From positions 13,795,201 to 13,859,200 of the forward strand of contig NC_083435.1 of assembly GCF_020745735.1 (NCBI RefSeq): DNA of 64,000 nt, in the 5' to 3' direction. This DNA is from Hemiscyllium ocellatum (Eukaryota). The notes below the pieces were generated by a model. That model had not been told where the DNA came from and searched no databases. It saw nothing but the letters and a program-made list of their open reading frames with translations. The translations under genes were made by a program, and so were the position numbers. Each line of letters begins with the position of its first letter. Positions within the stretch are counted from its first letter, which is position 1. Positions 35,746 through 48,784 of this stretch are shown here, piece after piece.

Positions 35746-37205
35746 ACCTTGTACAGAGGAAGCACAGTGCTGACCCCTATATATCTTGTAAAGGGATTTG
35801 ATGCTCTCTGCATAGTTTTGAATATTTGATTTTGAAGTTTAAACATTACGACTTCTGTGTGTGTACATATATATGGTATAAACTTCAGTGGGGCATGATT
35901 ATTTGTACATGGGGTATGATGTTTTGTACATGGCGTATGATACTGATTTTGCTAATTTGTGTATGTAGTTTGTGTCTTTGTATATGAGTTTTTATGTTCC
36001 AGCAGTGAGGTTTCTGATGTCGTGTTTATCGTTCTGTCAGTTTTAATGATTCTTCTATGGGTTTTGATGATAGCTGTATGGAGTATGATGCTCTGCCTTG
36101 GTTCCAATGCGATCTTAGCCTTGGCATCAGAGGTGAGATTTCATTTTGCACCTGACATGAGGCAAGGCAGCCTTTCACCAAGTGTGGCATGAAAGATCCC
36201 ATTGAAGCATTGAACCATCATGACCTGTGCAATGTGTAAGCTGCAATTGGTATGTGTCAGTAATATTCATGCAACTCATGTGCTGGACAATGATCTTCCC
36301 TTGATAGTTATTGGCTTTACTGTCATTAAATGTCCTGCCATCAGGACATCCTGGGGACCACAATTGAAAAGGCAGGCATAATCAAAACAGATACAGATGC
36401 AAAACACACTTTGCATATAAACTAGGCAATATGCAACCACAAATACAAAATGTAAAGTTGCCAGTTGAAAATGAACTAATCTCCCAAATTTAAAACATTG
36501 AATTCAAATAACAGCACAGCAAATACTTAAACTATTTATTTATAAGATATTAAAAATTGAGAGAGAAAATATCTAAACCTATATGTAATATATGAAATGC
36601 AGATAAAAAGCCTCAACTCCAAAATCAAATACAATGCAGACACTATGCAAAAGACATCAAAACTTAACATGCAACACATCAAAACGTAGCTGAAAAGCAT
36701 TAAATTCCTTTTGCAAATTAACAATCTGCTTACACAGTACATCGAACTCTCATATCCAAAACACCAAATAGCAATAGAAAATCATTAAAACATATATATA
36801 TAAAATATCACACTACATGCACATAACATCAAGCACCCGTAGGCAGAAGTTGAAATGTCTTATGCAAAGCTCAAATTGAAAGCTCAAGGTTGATTTTTTA
36901 AAACAATGTCTCATGTCATGTGAACATCACTTGTTAAGTCAGCATTTGTAACTGAGTCCTAATTGTCTTCAGGAATGGCTGAGTCGTCCTTAAGCAAAAT
37001 CAGAAGCTACAATGACATTGACCTTTGCAAGAGAATAGCTGAAAGAGACTTTGACATTGTTACAGGATCTGCATTCATGAGCAGAGAATGAGGCTGTGTT
37101 ATTTTAAACATAAAATCAGTGCTAATAGTGGTTTTATGTCCAATTAAAATCAATGTAAAAGCGACTGCTGCAGTTCCCTCAGAATTTAGTGCATCAATGC
37201 ATGTT

Positions 37206-37965
37206 TTGATTTGATTTGATTTATTGTTGTTACATGTACCTAAGTACAGTGAAAAAGCTTTATTTTGCATGCAGTACAGGCAGATGATAACATACAAGGA
37301 CATACAGATCATATGGTGATTGAACAAAGCGAGGTAAACAGAGGTGGTTGCTCAGGAGGTGCACAATATCAAGGTGAACATTAGATTTGAAATTTGAGAG
37401 GTCCACTCAGCAGTCTAATAACAGTGGGGAAGAAGTTGTTCTTGAACCTGTTGGTACGTGTTTAAGTTTTTGTACCTTCTGCTTCGTGAAAGAGGTTGGA
37501 AGAGGTTACAACTGGGGTTGGAGGAGTTTCTGCTGATGTTGGCTGCTTTTCCATGACAGAAAGAAGTGTTCATGGAGCCCATGGATGGGAAGTTGGCTTG
37601 CGTGATGGACTGAGCTGTGTTCACAACTTTCTGAGTTTCTCACGGTCCTGGGCAGAACAGTCGCCATACCAAGCTGTGATGCAACCAGTCAGAATGCTTT
37701 CTATGATGCAACCAATTAAAATGCTTTCTATGGTAAAAAGTTGGTGAGGGTCCTTATGGACATGCTGAATTTCCTTTGCGTCCTGAGGAAGGAGAGGCAT
37801 TGTTGTGCCTCCTTGATTGTCGCATCTACCTGAGTTGTCCAGGAGATTGTTGTCTGTTGCATGTAGTCCTAGATCCTGGGAGGTGCCAATTTGCAACACT
37901 TGGTGATGGACAATTGCTTTCACATAGAAGCTAATAAGTTCCAGGAAAACCAAAGAGCATTTTTC
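37206..37965 (-). mobile_element. Rex1/Babar-like LINE 3' fragment
   Basis: IESILTGCITAWYGDCSAQDREKL and SNPSCNLFQPLSRSRRYK resemble the Rex1 RT C-terminus; (AAATC)n tail at about 37206-37222. Confidence 0.65.
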
Positions 37966-37974
37966 ACCGAGCAA

Positions 37975-38810
37975 TATATGGTGTTGATCCCAGTGAGCAT
38001 CACTGGGAATATCATGTCACAGAACTGCTTGGGGTGAATCTCCACAAAAGCCACTGCAATTCTTTTGATAAACCATTGCAAATACACATTCCAGAATTAG
38101 ATGGGCAGTGGTCTTCTCCCCACCATTACCACCTCAAGGGCATGATTTTGGTGGAACGTATGCAAAAAAGGACTTGCGAGGGAAGATCATTCTCACCACC
38201 AGCCGAGTTTCATTTTGGTGTTTGAAAGTTCTGGTGATAAGGCATTCTGCCAAATTATTTTAGAAGTCTTCTCAGTCAACTCATTTGCCAAAGAACTCAC
38301 TCTTGTGTGATATGCTGTCAAAAATAATTTCCTGGTCAAAACTGATGAGGCAAGTATCCACTCATTCTATTCTACACATAGGCAATTGTACCCACAAGAA
38401 ACATAAGGGTTTCAGACATATTTCCACTAGGTATAGTGCAGGTTTGTTCAGGTTGGATTACCAATTTCAGAGTAGACTTTGACAAAATTAGCTTTGTAAA
38501 GAAATTACAAGTCCCTGTTAAGCAGTGGAATGAGTTTCCACCTTCTAATTTCCTCCTTCTGCCCCTTGCAAATAGGGGAGGGATATGAAGCCTTTCCTCA
38601 TGGATTCTGATACGCCACCCTCCAGAAATGTACTCTCACACACCTCCTGCAGCTCTGGGTCAGCCCAGGTCCACCCAACCTCAACCAATAAACCCTGAAG
38701 TCCAGAAGTTCCATTTGCATTGAAGGAGTTGGTGACGTTTGTCAGCTTGCCCAGTTTTAGTGAATTGTCAAGATTCTTGCTGGATATTGGGGTTCCTTAA
38801 AAACTGAAGT
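37975..38810 (-). mobile_element. L1/Tx1-like LINE RT fragment
   Basis: Minus-strand pieces LDNSLKLGKLT...SGLQGL, SESMRKG, ..IPLLN.D, LDQE.FD.ISH are colinear with L1/Tx1 ORF2. Confidence 0.65.
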
Positions 38811-39142
38811 TTTCTGGTATTTACTGTACAGCATGAGATTTCACTTAACATCTACAACAGCAATAATTTCTAGAATTATAGCATATGACAACAAAGGAAA
38901 GAAGTACAAGAGTTACGAGGGTTGTGATGCCCATTGAGCTAGTGTCAACAATTTATCTTGCGCCCAATATGTCCAACTGTATGGTGTTGCTTTCAAAAAT
39001 AAGTAATATTTATCCTTAGAAAGAATGATAAACTAGTCCTCAGTTGGAGGTAGGCAATGGATAATTGCCATTCATGTCATACGTAGCTGATTTTGATGAA
39101 AAGGATTCAGACAACTGATTGACACAGAGAATATGATGAAGG

Positions 39143-39226
39143 GCTTTTGCTTGAAACATCGACTTTCCTGCTCCTCGGGTGCTGCCTGACCTGCTGTGCT
39201 TTTCCAGCACCTCTCTAATCTTGACA
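39143..39226 (+). mobile_element. Family A terminal fragment with decayed hammerhead
   Basis: atgatgaagggcttttgcttgaaacatcgactttcctgctcctcgggtgctgcctgacctgctgtgc. Confidence 0.75.
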
Positions 39227-39944
39227 GGGAACATAAACTGCACTAGATATATGATGTAAGAATAAGTACTCAAGGGCAGAGGATAGTCCTTCCTTGGGGC
39301 CTGAGGACTAGTTTACCATTCTTTTAAAGAACAAATATTCCTTATTTCTGAAAGCAACAGCCTAATAATCAAGCAGACCTGTCAGCAGTGGTTCTCACCA
39401 GATGTTCACCAGAGAGCAGTCCTTATCAGGCAGATGGAAGGCAGATCAGAAGAGGAAGAAGACTTCCCCAACACCTCATGGTGTCCCCACCACTTCAATG
39501 AGAACAAAGCATTCCACACCAATAGCCTATTTGTCCTCTCATATCAGTGAATCATCCCCAATTTTCATGTTTGCATACTTTCTTTATGTAATTAACTAAT
39601 AAATCATATTTAAACTGCCGCTTCTTAAAAACTCAAAAAACTGTCAGAAAATAGCTTCCAAATTGTCAACTGCTTATACTAGGGAACTGATGATCACAAA
39701 ACACCTGAAATCAACACTCATCTAAGACCTTGGTGATAGAGAATGACTTACCATCTATAACATTCACTTCATACAAACTGACATAAAAAGTTTTACTGAT
39801 GCTCAAGATGTCAAACTTCAGTTATCAAGCTATTTTTTTCCTTCATGTTATCAAACATAGAGCTCTGTGCAACTTTTGGATGAAGAACCCCGAATACTCA
39901 AGTCTCATCCTGCCCTACTGAGCAGCTGTTGTTGTGGAAAATGA

Positions 39945-40700
39945 ACCTAGAGGTCCCTGAGGCAAAGAATGAGGCTTGCTGACTCCCCACCTGCTCACGA
40001 TCCTCTTTGACATCAATGCCCAGAGACTACCAGGAATAGGAATAAATTTCGCTCAATCTAGTTTACTGCATTTGCTGCTTACAATGTGGTCTCCTTTACA
40101 TTGGGAATACGAGTGTAGACTGGGTGACCACTTTGCAGGACTATAGTCTGTCTGCAAAAGGAACCCTGAGCTTCCAGTGGCCTGCCACTTCAATACACCA
40201 TCTTGTTCCCTGGCCAACATCTCTGTCTCAGTGTTCTAGCAAAACTCAGTGCAAGCTGAAAGAACAGCACTCCATTTTCCACCTGGGAACTCTACTTCTG
40301 GATTTAATATCAAATTCAAAAATTTTTGGGTTTGAACTCTCCCACACCCTTACCCCAATCCCACATACCAGGACTTGTTATCACATAGTCTGCTATTACA
40401 CACAGCCCATATTTAGCCAGTAACTGCTCCTATAAAAAGCATTTCACCTTCCTAGCCCAATATTTATCCACTCCTTCATCTGTCCAAGTGTTCTTCTCTC
40501 TTTTTTTGGCTCTACATCCACCTGTGTTGTTTACTCATTAACCCCCTCCAGTCACCCTAACTTCCACGTAAAAAAAATTTTCCCAGCTGTCATCAGTTAT
40601 GAAGAAGGGTCACTGGACCTGAAGCATTAACTCTGATTTCTCTCCACAGATTCGGCCAGACCTGTTGAGATTTTCTAGCAATTTCTGTTTTTCTAACAGA
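39945..40700 (+). mobile_element. Penelope-like element 3' fragment with a decayed family C hammerhead (about 40596-40631)
   Basis: GIY-YIG region (tgcatttgctgcttacaatgtggtctcctttacattggg) and the terminus gtt-atgaaga-agggtc-actg-gacct-gaag-catt-aac. Confidence 0.78.
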
Positions 40701-41049
40701 TTTTGCATGCTTTCTGGACTTGGTACATTTCTGACTCTTCCTCGCTCACTTTCAGAATGTCTTTGAGGATGCAAAACCTTTTGATGCTCTTGACTAGTTC
40801 TTATCAGAATGTCAGGGTCACAAAGAGGAATTTCACAACTCTCCCACCTTTGTGTTCCATTTTGGGTTCCTTGATTTTCTTTGGGTTCAAAAATATCATG
40901 TTTAGCTTCAGTATCCACCTGCCAACTTTCTGATCACACAGACTTTACTGTTTTAACCAATAGTTTGGACACGGTGCCCAGTTTCCTGGCAGCCTCGTGG
41001 ATTGTCCAACCACATCTGAAGCAACTAAAAGGATTGCAACAATAACTAC

Positions 41050-41182
41050 AAATTCCTGAAGAAGGGCTCATGCCCGAAACGTCGATTCTCCTGCTCCTTG
41101 GATGCTGCCTGACCTGCTGCGCTTTTCCAGCAACACATTTTCAGCTTTGATCTCCAGCATCTGCAGTCCTCACTTTCTCCAG
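41050..41182 (+). mobile_element. Family A terminal element with hammerhead motif
   Basis: attc-CTGAAGA-a-gggc-tcat-gccc-GAAA-cgtc-gatt, followed by the family A arm to ...cagcatctgcagtcctcactttct. Confidence 0.85.
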
Positions 41183-41949
41183 CTACACTAACCAGTCTGG
41201 ATGTTGCTAGCTGATTTTTCAACATGATTTTGCCATTTGTTTCAGAATCCATACTTGGCCAAGTTGCAGGAGACAATTGATTGTAACCTGAAGTGCTCAT
41301 TAGCCATAAAAGGAAGTGAAGCCACTTTTGATTGATTTTGTGATTAAAATGCTGCGCTTACACTTTCTGCTGGTGAATGGAGCTATTACACCACTAGAGG
41401 GAAAATAACCAGCAAATCATTGAAGTTCATTGGAGAGCAATAGCGCAACCTGAAGGCTAAAGCAAAGAGTACAGGTTTGCAGTGGCTCTAATGAAAAACT
41501 CATTTCAAGCATGAAATATGATACTGGGAAAACAAGGCAAAAGGAAACAGGTTTCAGCTGACATTGCAATGCTTACTTGCATTTTGACCTTAAAAGGAAA
41601 TGAATCAAACCATTAAGTCAGTCACATTACACAATACTAAAACTAATATAAGCTGCTCACTTATGTGCTCTATGGTAGAGAAATGTGCAACTGTGACTAG
41701 CATAGCTTTTGTGCTCACATAGTCAAGTTTAAAATATTAGTTTTAGACCAGTTCCTCTCCTAGTTAAATGAGATGTAAAATTCAGATACATTGTGGGCAC
41801 AACATAGAATTGCCTCTCCTAGGCCATTAATCAATTCTATCTCTTCACCATACCAAGGTTAATATAACATGCTCTCTAATTGGTTCCGGAATGTGCCAAA
41901 CTACCTTGAAAGCACTCAATGAACTCTTCGTCCAGGCTATATTTTCAGT

Positions 41950-43660
41950 TTATATATGATTATTGTCACCACTTTATCATGAGTCCTCAATATTTCTTCT
42001 TGAGAATTTCAACCTACAATATGGTTATTGTTAGGAGACCCTGCCCCTAATAACTTCCTTCCCTGACTATTCCTTATCTTTGTGCAAACTAATTCTACAT
42101 CCAGAAATACTGAACCAAGGTAATCTCTAACTATTGTTACAATTAAATTCTTAAATAACAGTTCCACCTCTATCCACCTTCCAATTCACGCCACTAAATA
42201 TTCAGGACCCAATCCTTGTTAACTTGCAGCATATTTGTTTCAACTTTCCAACAAATTTTCTCTCATATTCTAATTCACCCTTTCTTTTTAGTTGTTTTCT
42301 GTTGTTTTCAGATACCTCTCCAAACCTTTATCCTACTTCTAATCTTCTCAGAACTGGAGATTTTTTTCTTCAATTTTTTAATGTCCTTAGTTAGCCACAG
42401 ATTATGCATTACTCCTCTAACGTCTTTCTTTCTCATGGCAATTTATCTCACTGTGTTATATATTCTTGAGACTTAGTCAGCCAGAGATTGCTTATTACTT
42501 TTTGTGCTGCAGTTCATTTTTTTTCACATTGAACTTGAGGCAGCATTGCTGCAGTTCATCAAGAACTCAGCTAATCAATCTTGACTTGCCTTTTAGAAAT
42601 CCATGCTGGCTGCATTTCATTAACTCAGACCTCAAAGGTCCATATATATTTACAACTCAGACTGAGGCCATTAAGCTCATTATGTTCATGCCAGTCAATA
42701 AAGATCTAGCTATAATAACCCTATTTTCCATTTCTTGGTCCATAGTTCTGGATGCCATGGTAACACAAGTGAGTATCTAAATACTGCTGAAAGATTGAGA
42801 CTTCTGACTCAACAACCCTTCCCGGCAGTGAGTTCTAGACTCCCAACACCCTGGGTGAAAAGACTTCCCCTCAAGATTAGAGTGGTGCTGGAAAAGCACA
42901 GCAGGTCAGACAGCATCCAAAGAGCAGGAAAATCAACGGTTTGGGCAAAAGCCCTTCATCAGATTCTTGACTGTATTCCCCAGCATTTGCAGTATCCACC
43001 TCTGCCTAGATTTCTCCTCAGCCATCCTCTTAGCTTCCTATCTCTTTCTTTCATCTATCTCCTTGGTTATTGGTCCATCTATTCAATGAGCAAGTCCCTT
43101 GTTCTCCACTCTAGGTATGCCTCTCATAAACTCCTCTCAGGCCTCCTCTCAACTTGCAGTGCTCAAAGGAAAATAGCCCCAGTCTTTCCACCTAAATCAG
43201 ACCCTCCAGCTCAGATGGCAACCTGTTCTCTACACCTGCTCTCATGTAATCAGATCCTTCCTGTAATGTGGTGCCCATAAGTGCTGACATACTCCAGTTG
43301 TTATCTAATGGTCATTTTATACATTTCCGGTACAATCTCCCTGCTGTCGTATTTCATGCCTCAGCTAATGCAGGCAAGTATCTCAGATGCTTTCCTAGCC
43401 ATCTAATCTACCTGTCCTGCCTATCCTCAGGGATCTGTAGATATCTGCAATCTGACCTTCTGTACTTTATGGATCTTCCCAAACTCTAACCTCTCCAAAT
43501 GCCTCTTGATCTACTTTCCTAATTATTGTTTCTGAAATCTTGCCCACTGCTGATATTATACTTACTGTCCTGAAGTTGGAAGGCTTCTTCAAACATCCTT
43601 TCCTGAATTGGAGGGTCATATTTGCCACTCTCTGACATGTTTCCAATACGTTATAGAATC
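41950..43660 (-). mobile_element. Old decayed CR1 fragments with a family A terminal piece inserted at about 42875-42965
   Basis: gacttgccttttagaaatccatgctggctgc and related CR1 motifs; gattagagtggtgctggaaaagcacagcagg...gggcaaaagcccttcatcag insert. Confidence 0.65.
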
Positions 43661-44349
43661 CATAGAGTTCCTACAGGTTATGTTACCGTCTCGCTTGTAC
43701 ACTGTGCCATGGTTGGCTGCTGTCCTGCTGTAGACCTGGGATCAAGAGGACATTGCCAACTCCAACTTTGCAACAGTTGTCATTTGAAAAGCTAGTGACC
43801 TGCAAGGTTGTTGGAAGTGTACATCCTCAACCCATTAGGCAACATTTTAATAAAAGACAAGTCATCTGGAGACCAGGCTGGGCCTGAAATGTCCAAGCTC
43901 TTAAACAAACCCTGTACTATCAGAGCTCTCATAGGAGTATGCCACTGAACCCCTCAAGCCTGTTTTGCCATTCTAGATCATGGTTGATCATCTACATCCC
44001 ATATTACTCTCATATCTCTTGATATGATTAATAATTAGAAACCCATTTCTCGGTCTTGAAGCTACTCAATGACTGACCTCAACTTGGGTGGAGATTCATC
44101 AGTAAAGAGGGACCACCCCATCTCATTCCTCGTCTACACCAATACTGTGTCCCCTCAGTTTAGATGACAGGAGAAATAGCTTCTCAGTAGCTATTCTGTC
44201 TATCCCTTTAAGAATCTTACAAATTTCCATCAGGTCGCCTCTCATTCTCCTAAACTCCAGAGAATCTCACACATAAGGCATTTCCCCTGGTCTCAGGAAT
44301 CAATCTGATAAATCTCTGCTTCATTCTCTCCATGGCAAAGACATCCCCC

Positions 44350-44615
44350 CTTTCACCAAAGTGACCAGAACTGTGTGGGTTTCCTCCTGGTGCTCCGGTG
44401 TCCTCCTGCAGTCCAAAGTTGCACAGTTTAGGTGGATTGGCCGTGTTAAATTGCCCATAGTGTCCAAGCATGTGCAGGCTAGGTGAATTAGCCATGGGAA
44501 ATTCAAGTTTCAGGGAATAGGGTAGAGGGATGGATCTGGTTGGGCTGCTCTTCAGAAGATCAGCGTGGACTGGTTGGGCTGAATGACCTGCTTCCACACC
44601 ATAGAGATTCTATTG
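44350..44615 (+). mobile_element. HE1-type SINE, partial
   Basis: tgggtttcctcctggtgctccggtgtcctcctgcagtccaaag...ttaaattgccc. Confidence 0.7.
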
Positions 44616-44744
44616 TATAATTCTATTAACTGCATATAATACTCTTGTTGTGCTTTTACCCATGCTCAATACAACTGAAGCAAGACCTCTTTCTTTCTGT
44701 GCTGTAGTCAGGGCTAGCAGACCATTTGTTGTTTGAACCACATG

Positions 44745-45045
44745 TAGGGTGGCACGGTGGCTCTGTGGTTAGCCCTGCTGCCTCACAGTGCCAGGGACCT
44801 GGGTTTGATTCCAGCATCGAGTGACTGTTTGTGTGGAGTTTGCATGTTTTCCCCATGTCTGTGTGCATTTGCGCTGGTAACCTCCAACAATCCAAAGACA
44901 TGCAGGTCAAGTGAATTGGCCATTGTTTTGGGTGCATTAGTCAGGGGTAAAAGTGGGGAGTGGGACTGGGTGGGTTACTCTTCGGAGGGTCGGTGTGGAC
45001 TTGTTAGGCTGAAAGACCTGTTTCAATACTGTAGGGAGTCTAATG
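44745..45045 (+). mobile_element. HE1-type SINE
   Basis: gggtggcacggtggctctgtggttagccctgctgcctcacagtgccagggacctgggtttgattcc...ggtcggtgtggacttgtt. Confidence 0.85.
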
Positions 45046-45843
45046 TTCAAAACTTTTAAAATGACCCTGCGTCAACAGAGCAGTTCCAGTCTTTCAATGG
45101 GAACCTGGATTATCAGCTTTCTTCCAATAACTTTAGTCCCTTGAGGAGCCAGGGGGAGTTTAAGCAAGGACAGCAACAAAATGAAATGCAAGGCTTCCAA
45201 TTGTCTTTTACTGTGGAAATGCTCATTTTTCCAATAACTGTTATTCATAGATAGAAAATCACTGGAATTTAGAATTCCCCAAGCTTTCGGTGATAATCTG
45301 CCATTCAGAAATCTCTCTCATACAAATATAAACTCTGCTCCCTCGTCGAAAAGGAAGAAAGTGCATTTCTCTGGCACCTGTCACAATCTCAGGATGACCA
45401 TAAGAGGTTCACAGCGATGAAATTCAGCTTGCCAGTGTAGTCATGGTTGTGATGCAGTCAATGCATTCGCAGCAAGCTCTCACAAGCAGCACTGAGTTAA
45501 TGACCAGATCATCTGCTTCTGATGTTGATGGAGGGATAAAGGAAATCAGGACAGACTGTAGAGTGTAGAAGGAAGTCAATTGGCCCACATTGTCCATGCC
45601 ATCTTGTTGAATGAGCCAGATACAGTTACCCTGCACCCTGCTATAAGCAGACCAGGGTTTACAATGTTAGTTTTAAGATTTTGTTGCCTTAATTTGGACA
45701 TTTCAGAGACTTTTTCCAACATGCCATTTCATACTGATACATTTTGATTCTTGGGATCAGAATTTTGGGACACGTACAAATCAAAGTTCCTCATGTTTAA
45801 GATGATTGAGACAACAAGATCCAATCGAATGGATCTTCACCAC

Positions 45844-45849
45844 TTTATT
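45844..45849 (-). terminator. Candidate AIF1 polyadenylation signal
   Basis: First AATAAA I found on minus after the AIF1 stop, about 1.34 kb downstream, followed by a GU-rich ttgttgtct. Confidence 0.45.
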
Positions 45850-47186
45850 CACAAATTCAATTCCTTTCTTGAAGGGAAGTTAATCCTTAAATATGTATAA
45901 AAGGAGGATTCCAAGCACCTTATTTCTGAGCTCTCCGTATAACCTGAGGACAGTTAGATTATTCTTGGCTCGAACTGTGATTTGGATCAACCGAAGTTAG
46001 GGCAGTTTTTGGGAATAGTTAATCAGGAACTTTCTGCCTACTTGAAGACATTTTACCTCAAGGGCAGGAGAGGTTTTCTGTCTGTGAGGTGGGATTTGAG
46101 TCTAGTATTGATCTCCATCTTGCATTTTGATGGATGTAACTTTGTGTCGTTTGCTGATGACCTAAGTATCTTCTGTTGTTATATGATCACATCTTTTACT
46201 CAATTTTACTGAATAAAATTTGATATTTTGCATTAACTCAATATCCTAACCTTTACTGATGGTATATCTCTGTTGAACTTGAGCACTGCAGTTTGAAAAG
46301 ATTAACTCAAGATTTTTAAATTAAGTGAACTCAAGCAAATTGAATTGATCTGAATTATCGAAAGACCCTTTAAAAACTTACACTGTAATTTGCCCATAGT
46401 GCTGCCAATCTTTTCCTTGCCAAGCTATTTACCCAATTTCCTTTATAGAATTACTATCGATTCTGTTTCTACTACACTGTCTGGGAATGTATATCTCACA
46501 TCTGAACACTATGGTGTGAAAACGTTTTCCTTACCTCAGTTCCAACTCCATTGTTAATTATCAGGAAAAGTATCGTGAACACTTTTGTTTCACGGTCATC
46601 ACAATGGCTGATTGCACTCTGATTAGGCTGAGGCTCTAGGGTACACACTGTTACCTGCTTCAGGTGGACAGTTTCCTTTGTACATATACAGCGTAAAGGC
46701 CCTGGCGGCTGAAGACACAGCCACCAATGTTGGGCACAGAAAATTGGGAGTATACAAGAGGTCAGAATTAGCCAGGTGCAGGGCTCAATGGCTGGAACAC
46801 ATGATAGAGATATAGACAGAGGCAAAACCTCAGATGGATTTAAAACAAGAATGAGAAGCTTAAGAATCCAGTCACTACCATGCCAAAAGCTAGTGGGACT
46901 CAGTGAACACAGTATGGTGATGGGTGAACATGACATTGTACAAGATAGGAACAGTACAGCAGAGTTTTAGATGGGTTCGACCTTACAGAGTTTTGACTAT
47001 GGCACGTCAGCCATGGAGTAGTCAACCCTGAAGGTACAGAAAACATGGATGAGGACTTCAGCAGCAGATGAACGGAAGTGGGCACTGGTGGTGCAAAGGT
47101 AGAATGAAACAATCTTGACAATAGAGGGCATATGGGGTGGGAGGTGTCAGATGATCATCGCGCATTAACATTGGCAAAGAAGAGGA

Positions 47187-47271
47187 TTATGGGAGGTCGC
47201 TGAAGGTTTTCTTTGTTGGATGCCCAGTGGGTTTCTCAGGTTCTTTTGCTTTGTCTTCATACAACAAGATT
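47187..47271 (-). CDS. AIF1: AIF1 terminal coding exon: (I)ILLYEDKAKEPEKPTGHPTKKTFSDLP*
   Basis: Acceptor ctctctttgcacag|A; matches human AIF1 [27 protein letters not shown] better than the AIF1L C-terminus. Confidence 0.95.
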
Positions 47272-47325
47272 CTGTGCAAAGAGAGAAGGCATGAGCTAGT
47301 TGTCATTTCAGCTTAGGGCTTAGGT

Positions 47326-47328
<3 letters not shown>

Positions 47329-47361
<33 letters not shown>
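47329..47361. repeat. (AC)n microsatellite in the last AIF1 intron
   Basis: Uninterrupted acacac run. Confidence 0.95.
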
Positions 47362-47364
<3 letters not shown>

Positions 47365-47461
47365 CCAAGCATCCCCATGAGCCATGCTCTGATATAAATA
47401 AAACCCCATCCTTTCCCCCTTCTCCCTCTCTCTCTCTCTTGCTGTCTGAAGGAGGACTTAC

Positions 47462-47624
47462 ATTTTCGCGATGGCTGACCGCTTTCCCAGCATCATCTTC
47501 ACGAAGGCCGAATAAGAGATGGTCTCACCCATGTCTCCCACCACCTCCTTGATCATTTTCTTCAGCTCCAGGTGGGTCTTGGCTGCACCAAGTTTCTCCA
47601 GCATTCTCTTCAGTCCCATGATAT
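47462..47624 (-). CDS. AIF1: AIF1 exon (163 nt): (D)[53 protein letters not shown]
   Basis: Acceptor ccctcttactcag and donor gtaagt; strong match to AIF1 [19 protein letters not shown]...[11 protein letters not shown]. Confidence 0.97.
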
Positions 47625-48355
47625 CTGAGTAAGAGGGTGGGTAGGGGAGAAGAGTGAAGGTTTGACTTGGTGTAGAAACAACACAGTTTATCTCTCATCT
47701 GCCCACAATATCAGCCAACCCTCGGAAGTTCCCTCATCACTGCACGTGGTCACTATTCCCGGTGATGCCTACATGGACCAGACATTGGGATTCTGCTTCA
47801 GCTGCCAGGTTGCCTACAGCCTGTGGCACCTAGACCATCATACCATTGAGGTGTGAAGCATGTAACAAGGCCCTTTGATCCATCAACAACAACCACCTAA
47901 CCATTCTAATCCAAATTTGCAACACTTGGTCTATAGCCTTGAAATCGCAAGTGCATATCTAAATACTTCTTACATGTTATGAAGGTTTCTGCACCTACTA
48001 TCCTTATAGGCAGCGAGTTCCAGATTCCCACCACCCTCTGGGATCCTCACATCCCCTGTAAACTACCTGCCCTTTTCCATCGATCTATGCCCTCTATCAG
48101 GGGGAAAAGTTATCCCCTGTCTTTCGGATCAGCCGTGATCCTATTGAAGGGTGGAGCAGGCTCAGGGGTCAAATGGCTTACTGCCTCACCTGTATCTAAT
48201 GGTTTACCCTATTTATACCCCTAATAATTTTAATACATCTCAACCAGATCCCCCTCAGCCTCCTCTGCACCAAGGAAAACAATGCCAGTCTGTCCAATCA
48301 CCCTTCATTACTAAAGCTCGCCAGCCTCTGCCACATTGTGGCCAAAGCCATGAGG

Positions 48356-48784
48356 AGAAAGTGAGGTCTGCAGATGCTGGAGATCAGAGCTGAAAATGCG
48401 TTGCTGGAAAAGCGCAGCAGGTCAGGCAGCATCCAAGGAACAGGAAATTTGACGTTTCGGGCATAAGCCCTTCATCAGGAATGAGGAAAGTGTGTCCAGC
48501 AGGCTAAGATAAAAGGTAGGGAGGAGGGACTTGGGGGAGGGGCGATGGAGATTGTCCTGACCTCTCCGCCCCCACCCCACTCCGGCCTATCACCCTCACC
48601 TTGACCTCCTTCCACCTATCACATCTCCATCCCCCCTCCCCCAAGTCCCTCTTCCCTACCTTTTATCTTAACCTGCTGGACTCACTTTCCTCATTCCTGA
48701 TGAAGGGCTTATGCCCGAAACGTCGAATTTCCTGTTCCTTGGATGCTGCCTGACCTGCTGCGCTTTTCCAGCAACACATTTTCA
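48356..48784. mobile_element. Family A inverted-arm element with two hammerhead motifs
   Basis: Arms of about 200 bp; 15-bp direct repeat gccaaagccatgagg at 48341-48355 and 48785-48799. Confidence 0.92.
48693..48728 (+). ncRNA. Minimal type I hammerhead ribozyme motif (family A)
   Basis: ATTC-CTGATGA-A-GGGC-TTAT-GCCC-GAAA-CGTC-GAAT. Confidence 0.8.

Noticed and set aside
38700-38802. Open phase 1-1 block with N-glycosylation sequons (GTPISSKNLDNSLKLGKLTNVTNSF)
   Set aside because: Colinear with L1/Tx1 ORF2 and continuous with the RT fragment next to it.
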